Below are positions 47,374-55,850 of a stretch of 64,000 nucleotides of DNA, in pieces. Numbering within the stretch: position 1 is the first letter of the stretch; every line of letters starts with the position of its first letter. The position numbers were made by a program, and so were the translations under genes. The DNA is taken from NCBI GenBank assembly GCA_051744985.1, contig JBNJDP010000001.1, positions 17,883 to 81,882 on the forward strand. The letters are read 5' to 3'. The stretch comes from Chlamydiota bacterium (GTDB taxonomy: Bacteria; Chlamydiota; Chlamydiia; Chlamydiales; JABHNK01). The notes under the pieces are model-generated. The model had not been told where the DNA came from, did no database searches, and saw nothing but the letters and a program-made list of their open reading frames with translations.

Positions 47374-47405
47374 AAAAAAAGCCCCACCGCGGTGGGGCTT
47401 TTTTT
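47374..47405 (-). terminator. Rho-independent terminator after the SH3b gene (palindromic, could act both ways)
   Basis: The hairpin gccccaccgcggtggggc (47381-47398) has an 8-bp GC-rich stem. It is flanked by an A run upstream and a T run downstream on both strands. Confidence 0.8.
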
Positions 47406-47414
47406 ATGTTAGCT

Positions 47415-48572
47415 TTACTCTACCGATAAGACGTAATAAGCAGGAAAGGCAAAATTATTATTGCTGCGGGGAGCTACCGTTAAGGTGGTATACTCTCCGA
47501 CCTTGCCTTGTAAGTCGATAGCAGTGCTATAAAGATATGCTACCGGCTTATTATTGACTTTTAAGAGGTAGTCTCCTGGCTTATTTTTTACCACTTCATG
47601 GTAAGGCTCTACGTTGCCGCTAATGATATCAGCGTATACACGTTGCTCTTGATAGAAGTCTTCTTTGGTTTTGTTAGGATTTTTAGCCAGCCATTCTTGG
47701 TAGGCAGCCTCTTCTAATGGTTCCCAAACTTTCATTTTCTCAGTAACCTCTTCGGATGTCCAGGTTATGGTTTCCTGGTCGTAGGCTTTAATATCAACAA
47801 CTTCTAGTGCCGAAGTGTCGCGGGCTACTTCTTCTCTAGGGGTTTGCTCAGCTTTGCGTTCTAAGTATGCCAATTTCTTATGGAGGTAGGCATCTTGGGT
47901 GGATTCCAAAGCTTTTTTAGCTTTAGCAACTTCTGTGGGGTAGTCACTATATTCGTCGATAACGTAGCTGAATTTGCTTTCTACAAGTTCGAAGTTGATC
48001 TCTTCAAAAGGTTTACGCAACTCTGATTGGCTTAGAAGATAAGCATTGTTCAGAGCTTGAGAAGCTTCTTTTTGACGGTTTTCAACCCTAGCAATATAGT
48101 GGGCATCACCAGCGTAATCGACGTACTCCTTGGCAACATAAAAGTAAGTGTTTTCAGGGATGTCAATCTCCATCCATTTGCTGTTATCAGGGCTTATCAA
48201 CCCCGAAACGTTATCACCGGTGCTTAGCTGTGCAATAACTGGAGATTCTAAGTCTGGCCCTAAGCGGATGTTGACATTAGATCCTTCAACAATGCCATCT
48301 AAAACATAAGTCCTGAAGATGTAAGCTTTAGTGCCTTCGGGAGGTTGAACAGCAAAAAAGTCGCCTTCCAGTTTTTTTACCGATATAAGGTCGCCTTTGT
48401 TGAGCTCTTTATAAATTTGACCTTCTAAAAAAGGACTTAGGCGCATCCTGACTTTATCTCCTCTGATTTTGCCAGTAAAAGGCTTTAAGGGAGATGGGTC
48501 TTGAGCTTGGAGGTTTCCCGTTGTTAAGCATAAAGCTGCTAAGCCGAGAAATAAAGTCATTATTTTTTTCAT
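47415..48572 (-). CDS. Secreted protein with bacterial SH3 (SH3b) domains
   Basis: 385 aa with a signal peptide (MKKIMTLFLGLAALCLTTGNLQA). There are two SH3b-like segments (GDKVRMRLSPFLEGQIYKELNKGDLISV and GSNVNIRLGPDLESPVIAQLSTGDNVSG). The rest was not recognised. Confidence 0.6.
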   Translation of the reverse strand: MKKIMTLFLGLAALCLTTGNLQAQDPSPLKPFTGKIRGDKVRMRLSPFLEGQIYKELNKGDLISVKKLEGDFFAVQPPEGTKAYIFRTYVLDGIVEGSNVNIRLGPDLESPVIAQLSTGDNVSGLISPDNSKWMEIDIPENTYFYVAKEYVDYAGDAHYIARVENRQKEASQALNNAYLLSQSELRKPFEEINFELVESKFSYVIDEYSDYPTEVAKAKKALESTQDAYLHKKLAYLERKAEQTPREEVARDTSALEVVDIKAYDQETITWTSEEVTEKMKVWEPLEEAAYQEWLAKNPNKTKEDFYQEQRVYADIISGNVEPYHEVVKNKPGDYLLKVNNKPVAYLYSTAIDLQGKVGEYTTLTVAPRSNNNFAFPAYYVLSVE

Positions 48573-48831
48573 AATTTTAACCCTGAAACTAAATTAAAAG
48601 CAGAGATTTATGATTAACATAAATAGTTCTTTTTTTCAAGCTCTTATAAACTGATGTTAGGGGTTACTACTGTGGTTTAAACTGTAATGGCATCTATGCT
48701 CGAAGGTTAGAGGGGTATCACGGGTTTAAGAACGACAAATTTACTTGTGATACAATTATAGAGACAAGAAAAATGTAAATTGTTTACATACTGTTTAGAG
48801 AGAATTTACCTTACAGCAAAAGGAGAGGGGG

Positions 48832-50010
48832 ATGAGTATAAACTTACGAGTAAGTAATGTTAACCAGGGTTCTGCCGCTAATATTTCAGTAGCAGGGCTA
48901 GTAGCAGCGTTTATTATATTTCTGACTATGGCTGTGCCGCTGCAGGGGGCGACGCCAGCACAAAGAGTTTTAGAAAAGCTTAAAGAAAGTACTCCTGAGT
49001 TGGAAAAGGTAGGTGATAAACCTCATCTTCCTACGGTAGCTATAGTGACTACAGGAGGTACCATTGCAGAGAAAACCGATCCCAAGACTGGCGGTGCTGT
49101 GCCTGCTGTTTCTGGGTCGGATCTGGTGGAGGCTGTTAAAGGGTTAGATGAAATTGCTAATATCGCGGTGATGAATTTCTGCAATATCGATAGCTCACAG
49201 ATGGAGCCTGCTATATGGGCCGAGCTTAGCAAAGCTGTTGATAAAATTCTGGAAGATTCTTCTATTGCAGGGGTAGTGGTTACACATGGTACAGATACGA
49301 TGGCCGAAGGGGCTTATATGCTAGACCTTACCATAAAAAGCGATAAGCCGGTGGTTTTTACAGGAGCTATGAATGATGCTTCTAGCCTTAACCCTGATGG
49401 CCCTGCCAATATCCTCCATGCTGTACAGCAGGTGTGTTCTCCAGAGGCTAAAGGTTGGGGAGTGACTGTCACTCTTGATCGATATATTAACAGCGGTGAG
49501 GTCGTCAGGAAAACTCAGTCTACTAATCCTCAGACATTTATGTCAGGAGCTTCGGGGTATTTGGGTTATATTTTTGATGGTAAAGTTGTCCGTTACAATG
49601 ACCGTCCTTTCTGCCAGCGCTTACCTCTTCCTGAGCAGCTTCCTAAAGTAGTTTATATCGCCACCTACGCCGGTGCTGATGGCTCGTTGGTGCGCAGTGC
49701 GGTAGATTCCGGTGCTAAAGGTCTTGTTGTGGATGGCGTTGGTGCAGGCAATGTTAATGAAGATACCTATAATGCTATCCTCTATGCTCTTTCCAAAGAT
49801 GTCAAGGTTGTTATGGCTACCCGTGTTTATTATGGGGGCTTCGAACCTATCTATGGTGATCAGGGAGGGGGAAAGACTTTAGTAGATCAGGGGTGTCTGA
49901 TGGCGCCGCTTCAAGTTACCGGTCCTAAGTCCCGGATACTTTTGATTTTGGCCCTCGGTAACTATGCTGATCAACCCGAAAAGTTGGAAAAAGTGTTTTC
50001 CCGGAATTAA
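48832..50010 (+). CDS. L-asparaginase (type II-like) with an N-terminal hydrophobic leader
   Basis: 392 aa. Hallmark motifs VTTGGTIAEK and VVTHGTDTMAEG are present. An N-terminal hydrophobic segment suggests export or anchoring. Confidence 0.9.
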   Translation: MSINLRVSNVNQGSAANISVAGLVAAFIIFLTMAVPLQGATPAQRVLEKLKESTPELEKVGDKPHLPTVAIVTTGGTIAEKTDPKTGGAVPAVSGSDLVEAVKGLDEIANIAVMNFCNIDSSQMEPAIWAELSKAVDKILEDSSIAGVVVTHGTDTMAEGAYMLDLTIKSDKPVVFTGAMNDASSLNPDGPANILHAVQQVCSPEAKGWGVTVTLDRYINSGEVVRKTQSTNPQTFMSGASGYLGYIFDGKVVRYNDRPFCQRLPLPEQLPKVVYIATYAGADGSLVRSAVDSGAKGLVVDGVGAGNVNEDTYNAILYALSKDVKVVMATRVYYGGFEPIYGDQGGGKTLVDQGCLMAPLQVTGPKSRILLILALGNYADQPEKLEKVFSRN

Positions 50011-50027
50011 ATCTACGCTTGTAACCT

Positions 50028-50064
50028 AATCTCATTCTCCTGCAGTCTGCTGGAGAATGAGATT
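50028..50064. terminator. Hairpin between convergent genes (no U-tract)
   Basis: A 13-bp perfect stem, aatctcattctcc (50028-50040) paired with ggagaatgagatt (50052-50064), has an 11-nt loop. No T run follows on either strand. Confidence 0.35.
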
Positions 50065-50120
50065 GGGTTATCATCACAGGAAGTTTTTAATCCTCCGAGG
50101 GCTAAACTTCAGAACGGGGG

Positions 50121-50897
50121 TTAGCTTTCTAGGACAGCTTTAAGGTGTTCACAGTGAGGCTTACCACAAGTACAACCGATAGGATCACCTAAATAAACTT
50201 GGTATTGCTCATTGGGGTCAAGGGGATTTGTGACTTTGTAAAGCTTGTCGTTAATTTGGTCGATATCCCACTCACGGAATTTGAGGTCTTCATCGGAGAC
50301 AGGCTCTTCCGAAATTTGATGGTCTTCAGCTTGATCTTCTTGACGAATAGCACGCATGATTTGGCAATGCATGCAATTGCAGTCTTCAACAGGTTCGGGC
50401 ATGCCAGCTAAGTCTTCAGGGGTGACGATGTGGGCGATAGCTGCGATTTTATCCAGAACATCTTGAGGTAGCGGAGGTGAATCGCTTTGGTCAGGGTTGT
50501 GGCGCATCATCGCTCCCATCTGCTCTAAAGCTTCTTTGTCATCGATGTTGAAAGATAGAGGGGCTCCTCCCATCTTATAAAGCTGATCGGGGGTAGCTTG
50601 GCCTTCCGGAAAGCTTGAAAAAATATTATTAATTTTGGATTGCATCTCTTCGTTGAAATGCTGCGATTCCGCTTCAGCCTCAGCTTGGTTTTCTAAGTAG
50701 AGAGCGTGCTTGTCAAAAATTTCGTCAATTAACAAAGAATCTAACTCCGGAACTTCAACCTTATTACCGTCTTTGAGCATTACTACCAAAACTTTTTGGT
50801 CACTTTCTTCTGTGTCTTCAACATGTAAGGCTTGTACATTAGTCCAGCTAGTGGAAATGTAAGGGGGGATGCTTATAATAGTGTCTGTGATCTTCAT
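50121..50897 (-). CDS. Acidic hypothetical protein with a C-terminal SWIM-type zinc finger
   Basis: I prefer the ATG at 50895-50897 (MKITDTIISIPPYIS...). The protein is highly acidic. It has CNCMHC in the middle and a C-terminal CxCx4CxH motif (GCTCGKPHCEHLKAVL). Confidence 0.6.
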   Translation of the reverse strand: MKITDTIISIPPYISTSWTNVQALHVEDTEESDQKVLVVMLKDGNKVEVPELDSLLIDEIFDKHALYLENQAEAEAESQHFNEEMQSKINNIFSSFPEGQATPDQLYKMGGAPLSFNIDDKEALEQMGAMMRHNPDQSDSPPLPQDVLDKIAAIAHIVTPEDLAGMPEPVEDCNCMHCQIMRAIRQEDQAEDHQISEEPVSDEDLKFREWDIDQINDKLYKVTNPLDPNEQYQVYLGDPIGCTCGKPHCEHLKAVLES

Positions 50898-51150
50898 TAA
50901 AAATACCTTGAAGTGAAATTTTGTCTGCATGGACCTCAGAGCTTACCTGTAAAATCTTGAGCCTCATGCTTTTTGTAACTGTAAGTTAAGCAACTTTTTT
51001 CTTTTTCTTTAAAATTTAATATAGCTCATAGCTTATAAAAAGTCAAACATTTAGCACTCTGTGTTGCCGACTGCTGAAATAGTTTGAAATTGCAAAATTT
51101 GTCTGGTGATGCTATGAAGTCATTAAGACATAAGATAGGGAGTAGCTATT

Positions 51151-52455
51151 ATGAGCGATAAAAAAACTTTTGTTCTAGATACCAATGTTTTGTTGCACGA
51201 TCCTAATGCTTTGCAGGAATTTCCTAATAGCAATTTGGTGATACCTTTGACAGTTTTGGAAGAGCTGGAATCGATGAAAAAATATACTTCTGAGTTGGGG
51301 CATAATGCTCGGAGGGTGATAAGGTATCTAGATTTTTTGAAAAATGTTGGCGATGGAAATCTGCATCGTGGTGTTAAGATTGATAATGGATCTACAATCC
51401 GCATACAGGTAAGAGTTAAAAGCGACTTCCCTATTCATGGGGTTTCTAAGAAGAATATCCAAATCATCATGGCGGCCTATCTTTTACAAGAGGAGGGGCA
51501 GAGGGTAGTCTTTGTTTCCAAAGACATAGCAGCTAGGGTTAAAGCACAGGTTATCGGTTTAGAAGCCGAAGATTATGAAAAGCTTAAAGTTTCTTATGGT
51601 GAATTATACCAAGGGTACCGCGAAGTGGAGGTTTCAAAAAAAGAGATTGACCTCCTTTATAAGGACGGTGCTATAGAGCCGATGGTAGAAGGTTTATCAC
51701 CTCATGAATATTGTTATCTGAAGACTAGCGATAATAACAGCTCTGCCATAAGCAGATTTTGTCCTAAAAGTAAAAAGTTAGTATCTGTTTCAGCCTTAGA
51801 GCAAGGGATCTGGGGAGTCAAACCTTACAATATCCAGCAGCGCTGTGCTCTAGATTTAGTCTTGAATGATGATATTAATTTGGTAACTCTTGAAGGTCCG
51901 GCGGGTACGGGAAAAACTCTCCTAGCATTAGCGGGAGGCGTTCATAAAGTTTTCGATGAAGGTACTTATAAGCGCATTTTGGTGAGCCGACCAATCGTTC
52001 CTCTAGGTAAGGATATCGGTTACCTTCCAGGATCCAAAGAAGAAAAGCTGGTCCATTGGATGCAGCCTATTTATGATAACTTAGGAGTTATCTGTGATAC
52101 TTCTGGTGAGAAGACCAATGAAACTATGGAGTGGATCGTCGATAGTAACAAGTTTGAAATTGAAGCCGTCACTTATATCCGAGGGCGTTCATTACCTAAG
52201 ATGTATATGATTATCGATGAAGCTCAAAATTTGACCCCTCATGATGTTAAGACCATAATTTCTCGGGCGGGGATGAATACCAAGGTTATACTCACCGGTG
52301 ACCCTTCGCAGATTGACAATCCTTATCTTGATCAGGACTCTAATGGGTTAACGTTTACGGTGGAACGCTTTAGAGAGCACGGTATTGCTGGCCATATAAG
52401 CTTGTCGACTACCGAGCGATCACCCTTGGCAGCGTTGGCTGCTAATATTATGTGA
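51151..52455 (+). CDS. PhoH-family ATPase with an N-terminal PIN domain (PhoH2/YlaK type)
   Basis: 434 aa. The PIN start is TFVLDTNVLLHDPNAL. The Walker A motif is GPAGTGKT and the Walker B context is MIIDEAQN, followed by LTGDPSQID. Confidence 0.9.
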   Translation: MSDKKTFVLDTNVLLHDPNALQEFPNSNLVIPLTVLEELESMKKYTSELGHNARRVIRYLDFLKNVGDGNLHRGVKIDNGSTIRIQVRVKSDFPIHGVSKKNIQIIMAAYLLQEEGQRVVFVSKDIAARVKAQVIGLEAEDYEKLKVSYGELYQGYREVEVSKKEIDLLYKDGAIEPMVEGLSPHEYCYLKTSDNNSSAISRFCPKSKKLVSVSALEQGIWGVKPYNIQQRCALDLVLNDDINLVTLEGPAGTGKTLLALAGGVHKVFDEGTYKRILVSRPIVPLGKDIGYLPGSKEEKLVHWMQPIYDNLGVICDTSGEKTNETMEWIVDSNKFEIEAVTYIRGRSLPKMYMIIDEAQNLTPHDVKTIISRAGMNTKVILTGDPSQIDNPYLDQDSNGLTFTVERFREHGIAGHISLSTTERSPLAALAANIM

Positions 52456-53879
52456 TGATAATGGATGCCAAGAATAGCTTAACAGAAGGCAGAATTGTAT
52501 CTTCATTGGTGCGTTTATCGTTGCCGATTATCTTGGCGAACTTATTGCAAACGGCTTACCAGTTGGCGGATGTTTTTTGGTTGGGGCGCTTAGGTTCCGA
52601 AGCGGTTGCAGCGATATCTTTGAGCTTTCCCATACTTTTCTTTATGATATCCTTAGGGGGAGGGTTAACGATGGCCGGCACCATTTTGGTAGCTCAAGCT
52701 AAAGGACGTAATAATCAGAAGATGGTCGACTATATCTCCGCCCAAACAATTACTTGGACGGTCATCGTTTCTATGGTTTTTGTGGTATTAGGATATCTTT
52801 TAAGCCCGTGGGTGGTTCAGACAACGGCTGCTGCCCAGGAAGTTTTTGCTCCCGCCGTTTATTATCTCCGAATAACTTGCTTGGGAATAACTTTTATCTT
52901 CGTTTATTTGAGTTTCCAGTCTTTGTTGAGAGGTGTCGGAGATGTTAAAACCCCTTTTTATGTGGTTTTGGGGGCTGTTTTACTTAATATCATTTTGGAC
53001 CCTCTCTTTATCTTTGGCTATGGCCCTCTGCCTGCGATGGGCGTGGGCGGTGCGGCATTAGCGACAATAATTTCTGAAGGCCTTGCTTCCTTGATAGGGA
53101 TGTATATCTTTTTGACGGGGAGGTGCGGTATTAAACTGCATCTTGTCGAATTGAAGCCCGATTGGAAATTGGGGCGCGGGATCTTGCGTCTAGGGTTGCC
53201 AGTGTCTATTGAGCAGTCTATGATAGCTTTGGTGATGATGGTAATGGTGGGCTTGGTATCTACCCTGGGAACAGCGCCTCTTGCTGCCTACGGTATCGGG
53301 GGGAGGGTTTTTAGCTTAGTGATTATCCCTGCTTTGGGACTGTCGATGGCAACGTCAACTATGGTAGGTCAAAATGTTGGGGCAGGAAAATTTGAAAGGA
53401 TAACGGCTATCGCCAAAGTTAGCTCTTTGTTGGGTTTTGTAGGGCTGACAGCTTTAGGGATATTCTTATTTGTAGTAGCGCGGCCTTTAACTGAAATTTT
53501 TATCCCCAATGAAGAAGCGACTATCATTTTAGCTGCAGCCTTTATTAAGTATATGGCTTTAACATTTGGGTTTGTGGGTATTCACCAAGCTTGTAGCGGG
53601 GCTTTGCGTGGAGCAGGAAAAACATTGTCGACGATGATTATCACTATTGTAAATTTATGGGTTTTACGCCTTCCTCTTGCTTATATCTTTGCTATATATG
53701 GTGGCATGGGGGCTAGGGGGATCTGGCTATCCTTTCCTATTGTAAATATAACAGTGGCTTTGATGGCAGCGGGCTGGTTAGCTACCGGAAGGTGGAAGAA
53801 AGATGCTCGCGAAATCTCTGCCTTAGGGATGGTCGAAGAGCACCTCAATAGTTACTTCGGTAATGAAGTTGTAGAATGA
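52452..53879 (+). CDS. MATE family efflux transporter
   Basis: 475 aa with about 12 hydrophobic spans. The N-terminus is LSLPIILANLLQTAYQLADVFWLGRLG. It has a 4-nt overlap with the upstream gene. Confidence 0.9.
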   Translation: MMIMDAKNSLTEGRIVSSLVRLSLPIILANLLQTAYQLADVFWLGRLGSEAVAAISLSFPILFFMISLGGGLTMAGTILVAQAKGRNNQKMVDYISAQTITWTVIVSMVFVVLGYLLSPWVVQTTAAAQEVFAPAVYYLRITCLGITFIFVYLSFQSLLRGVGDVKTPFYVVLGAVLLNIILDPLFIFGYGPLPAMGVGGAALATIISEGLASLIGMYIFLTGRCGIKLHLVELKPDWKLGRGILRLGLPVSIEQSMIALVMMVMVGLVSTLGTAPLAAYGIGGRVFSLVIIPALGLSMATSTMVGQNVGAGKFERITAIAKVSSLLGFVGLTALGIFLFVVARPLTEIFIPNEEATIILAAAFIKYMALTFGFVGIHQACSGALRGAGKTLSTMIITIVNLWVLRLPLAYIFAIYGGMGARGIWLSFPIVNITVALMAAGWLATGRWKKDAREISALGMVEEHLNSYFGNEVVE

Positions 53880-54039
53880 AAAAGCAGGGATGAACCCAGT
53901 TTCAATGAGAGCGTAGAGACAGGTCCAGAGCTTTCGAATAAAAAAAATACTAGAAGAAGTACTCTGGTTTTACTAGGAAACGGGGTAGGTTAGACTTTAA
54001 AGCTTGCCAATTTTTAAGCATTTTGTTAAAAATTAAGAC

Positions 54040-55188
54040 ATGACAAAGTTAACAGAAAATCCTTTTAAATTTGGCAATCCAGTTCGTGGGGATTATTACT
54101 TTCCACGCCCTGAGTTGACTAATACAGTTCGGCAGTTTCTATCGAATCATATCCATGTTGTATTAATGGGGCCTCGAAGATTTGGAAAGACGTCGTTCGT
54201 ACTTGATTTATTTGAACATCTTGAAAAAGAGGGATATGTTTGCCTTCTGGTGGATATTTTCAATGTGACATCTCATCGTGATTTTCTTCATCAATTTCTA
54301 AGAGCCTTAAGAAAAAAACAAAGTCTTAAAAATAGACTGAAGAATTGGCGAAAAAAGATAGGTCGTTTAAAACCCCAGCTCAATTTAGAATTTGACCCGC
54401 AAACAGGAAGTCCTAATCCAAGTCTAGGATTGAGCTTGGGTCAACTAGATGAGGAAGAGGTTAGGGCTGGAATACAAGATTTACTCGATGAATTGACAAA
54501 TTTAGGAGATAATGTAGTTATAGCATTAGATGAGTTTCAGCAGATTTCACAACTTGAGGATAAGGGGTGGCTTGAGGCCACAGTTCGTACTCATTTCCAA
54601 AGGCTGCCCAATGTTTCTTTTCTCTTCACTGGTTCTAGGAAAGCACTAATATCAGATATGTTGAACGACCCGTCTCGCCCATTATACCGTTCTTGTCAGA
54701 TGATTGATTTTCCTTCTTTTGGGGCCAATTTCTCTGATTGGGTTATCTCACGTTTCAGAATGGTAGGAATTAAATGCAGCAAAGAAGCTGTTAACCATCT
54801 AAGAGAGTTGGTTCAAGATACACCCAACTATGTTCAAATGGTTTGTTTTCATTTAGTTGCCCTGGCCCGAACGACAGTAGATGTTGCTGGTGTAGAAGAA
54901 GTTCTTGACACAGTTGCTAGGCAAAATGCTTATGCCTACCAGACTCTCTTGAATTCGCTCACATTAGCACAACAAAGGGCATTAAGGCTTGCAGCTAACG
55001 AAAAACACTCGCTCTTTCAAAAGGAGCAGCTTGTAAAGTATGAAATATCAAGTGCGCCCGCTCTTCATAATTCTATTAAAGCTTTGAAGCTGAAGGGTAT
55101 CTTAGATGAAGAAGGCACAGTAAAAGGAAGAGTGTTGTTTGACGACCCTCTTTTTGCGTACTGGCTAAGGATAAGTTTTCCAATGTAA
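54040..55188 (+). CDS. AAA-type ATP-binding protein (archaeal-ATPase/ATPase_2-like) with a C-terminal helical, probably wHTH, region
   Basis: 382 aa. It starts ENPFKFGNPVRGDYYFPRPELT. The Walker A motif is LMGPRRFGKTS and the Walker B is VIALDEFQQI. The C-terminal segment is IKALKLKGILDEEG. It is visibly poorer in G+C than its neighbours (see findings). Confidence 0.78.
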   Translation: MTKLTENPFKFGNPVRGDYYFPRPELTNTVRQFLSNHIHVVLMGPRRFGKTSFVLDLFEHLEKEGYVCLLVDIFNVTSHRDFLHQFLRALRKKQSLKNRLKNWRKKIGRLKPQLNLEFDPQTGSPNPSLGLSLGQLDEEEVRAGIQDLLDELTNLGDNVVIALDEFQQISQLEDKGWLEATVRTHFQRLPNVSFLFTGSRKALISDMLNDPSRPLYRSCQMIDFPSFGANFSDWVISRFRMVGIKCSKEAVNHLRELVQDTPNYVQMVCFHLVALARTTVDVAGVEEVLDTVARQNAYAYQTLLNSLTLAQQRALRLAANEKHSLFQKEQLVKYEISSAPALHNSIKALKLKGILDEEGTVKGRVLFDDPLFAYWLRISFPM

Positions 55189-55190
55189 AA

Positions 55191-55219
55191 AAAAGCTTAG
55201 CAATCTTTGCTAAGCTTTT
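55191..55219. terminator. Bidirectional terminator shared by the ATPase gene and ssrA
   Basis: A perfect 13-bp stem, aaaagcttagcaa (55191-55203) paired with ttgctaagctttt (55207-55219), has a 3-nt loop. The A/T runs are built into the stem ends. Confidence 0.7.
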
Positions 55220-55227
55220 GTAAGGTT

Positions 55228-55631
55228 TGGAGGTGGAGAGACTCGAACTCTCGTCCTAAGTAAGCTACGTAATAGCCTCTACATGCTTAGCGCCTTAAAT
55301 TTTGCCAGCCTCATCGTAAGACGCCCCGCTAAGGCCGGCCTGCTCCATTTATCTTGGTACTAAACTCCTAGAAGCTTCGGAGATTAGCCCATACCAAGTG
55401 GTATGACGATAGCACCACAGCCCTTGGTCAAACTCTGGGCTATCGGGTTACTGAGAGGTATTAGCTCCCGTAACACAGACTTCACTTACTGCTTATTAAG
55501 CAGCCATAGCGAAGTCGGCTTCCTCATTAGAGATGCCATTTAAAATGTTTTACCGGTTTTTTTAGGAGGCCAACCGATATCCTCCGCATGCAACTAATAT
55601 TTCACTCCCTAGTCGAAACCTAATCACCCCC
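55228..55631 (-). ncRNA. ssrA: tmRNA (SsrA)
   Basis: On the minus strand the 5' end GGGGGUGAUUAGGUUUCGAC pairs with the 3' end, including the G3-U alanine identity pair. The 3' end is GGACGAGAGUUCGAGUCUCUCCACCUCCA (T-arm plus acceptor), and CCA is not encoded. The internal tag frame is ...AAU GGC AUC UCU AAU GAG GAA GCC GAC UUC GCU AUG GCU GCU UAA UAA. Confidence 0.93.
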
Positions 55632-55655
55632 GTAAATATTTTCAATTACGAAATA

Positions 55656-55684
55656 ATTATATCAAAAAAGAAGTTGTTTTTCAA
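55656..55684 (-). promoter_or_regulatory. Sigma-70-type promoter for ssrA
   Basis: On the minus strand: TTGAAA (55684-55679), an exact 17-nt spacer, then TATAAT (55661-55656). The mature tmRNA 5' end lies 25 nt downstream of the -10 element. That is consistent with a short leader removed by RNase P. Confidence 0.6.
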
Positions 55685-55688
55685 GGGT

Positions 55689-55749
55689 AAAAAAAATGCC
55701 TGCATTTCCCGCAACAGAGGGGAGGAGGAGGTGAGAGAGAAACGCAGGC
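55689..55749 (-). terminator. Putative terminator downstream of selU (long-loop hairpin plus U8)
   Basis: On the minus strand, gcctgcgtttc (55749-55739) pairs with gaaatgcaggc (55708-55698): 11 bp with one G-U, which would be an A-C mismatch on the plus strand. A, then an 8-nt U run (55696-55689), follows. The 30-nt loop is pyrimidine-rich. Confidence 0.45.
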
Positions 55750-55850
55750 GGAGTAAGATTTAGTAATCTTGTGATTTTTGTGCTTTAAAGAATAGAAACT
55801 ATATAATAGCCAAAGATTAAGGTCAACAATTTATCTGTAATGGTTGGTGA

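Noticed and set aside
53880-55227. A complete genomic island integrated at ssrA
   Set aside because: I could find no integrase or recombinase, and no direct repeat of the tmRNA 3' end. The region holds a single gene. It is retained only as a possible remnant (see findings).
55718-55771. Plus-strand GGAGGAGGAGG followed by a GTG-initiated 10-codon mini-ORF (VREKRRRSKI)
   Set aside because: The GTG abuts the SD-like run with no spacer, and the peptide is tiny. The region is better explained as the complement of the minus-strand hairpin loop.
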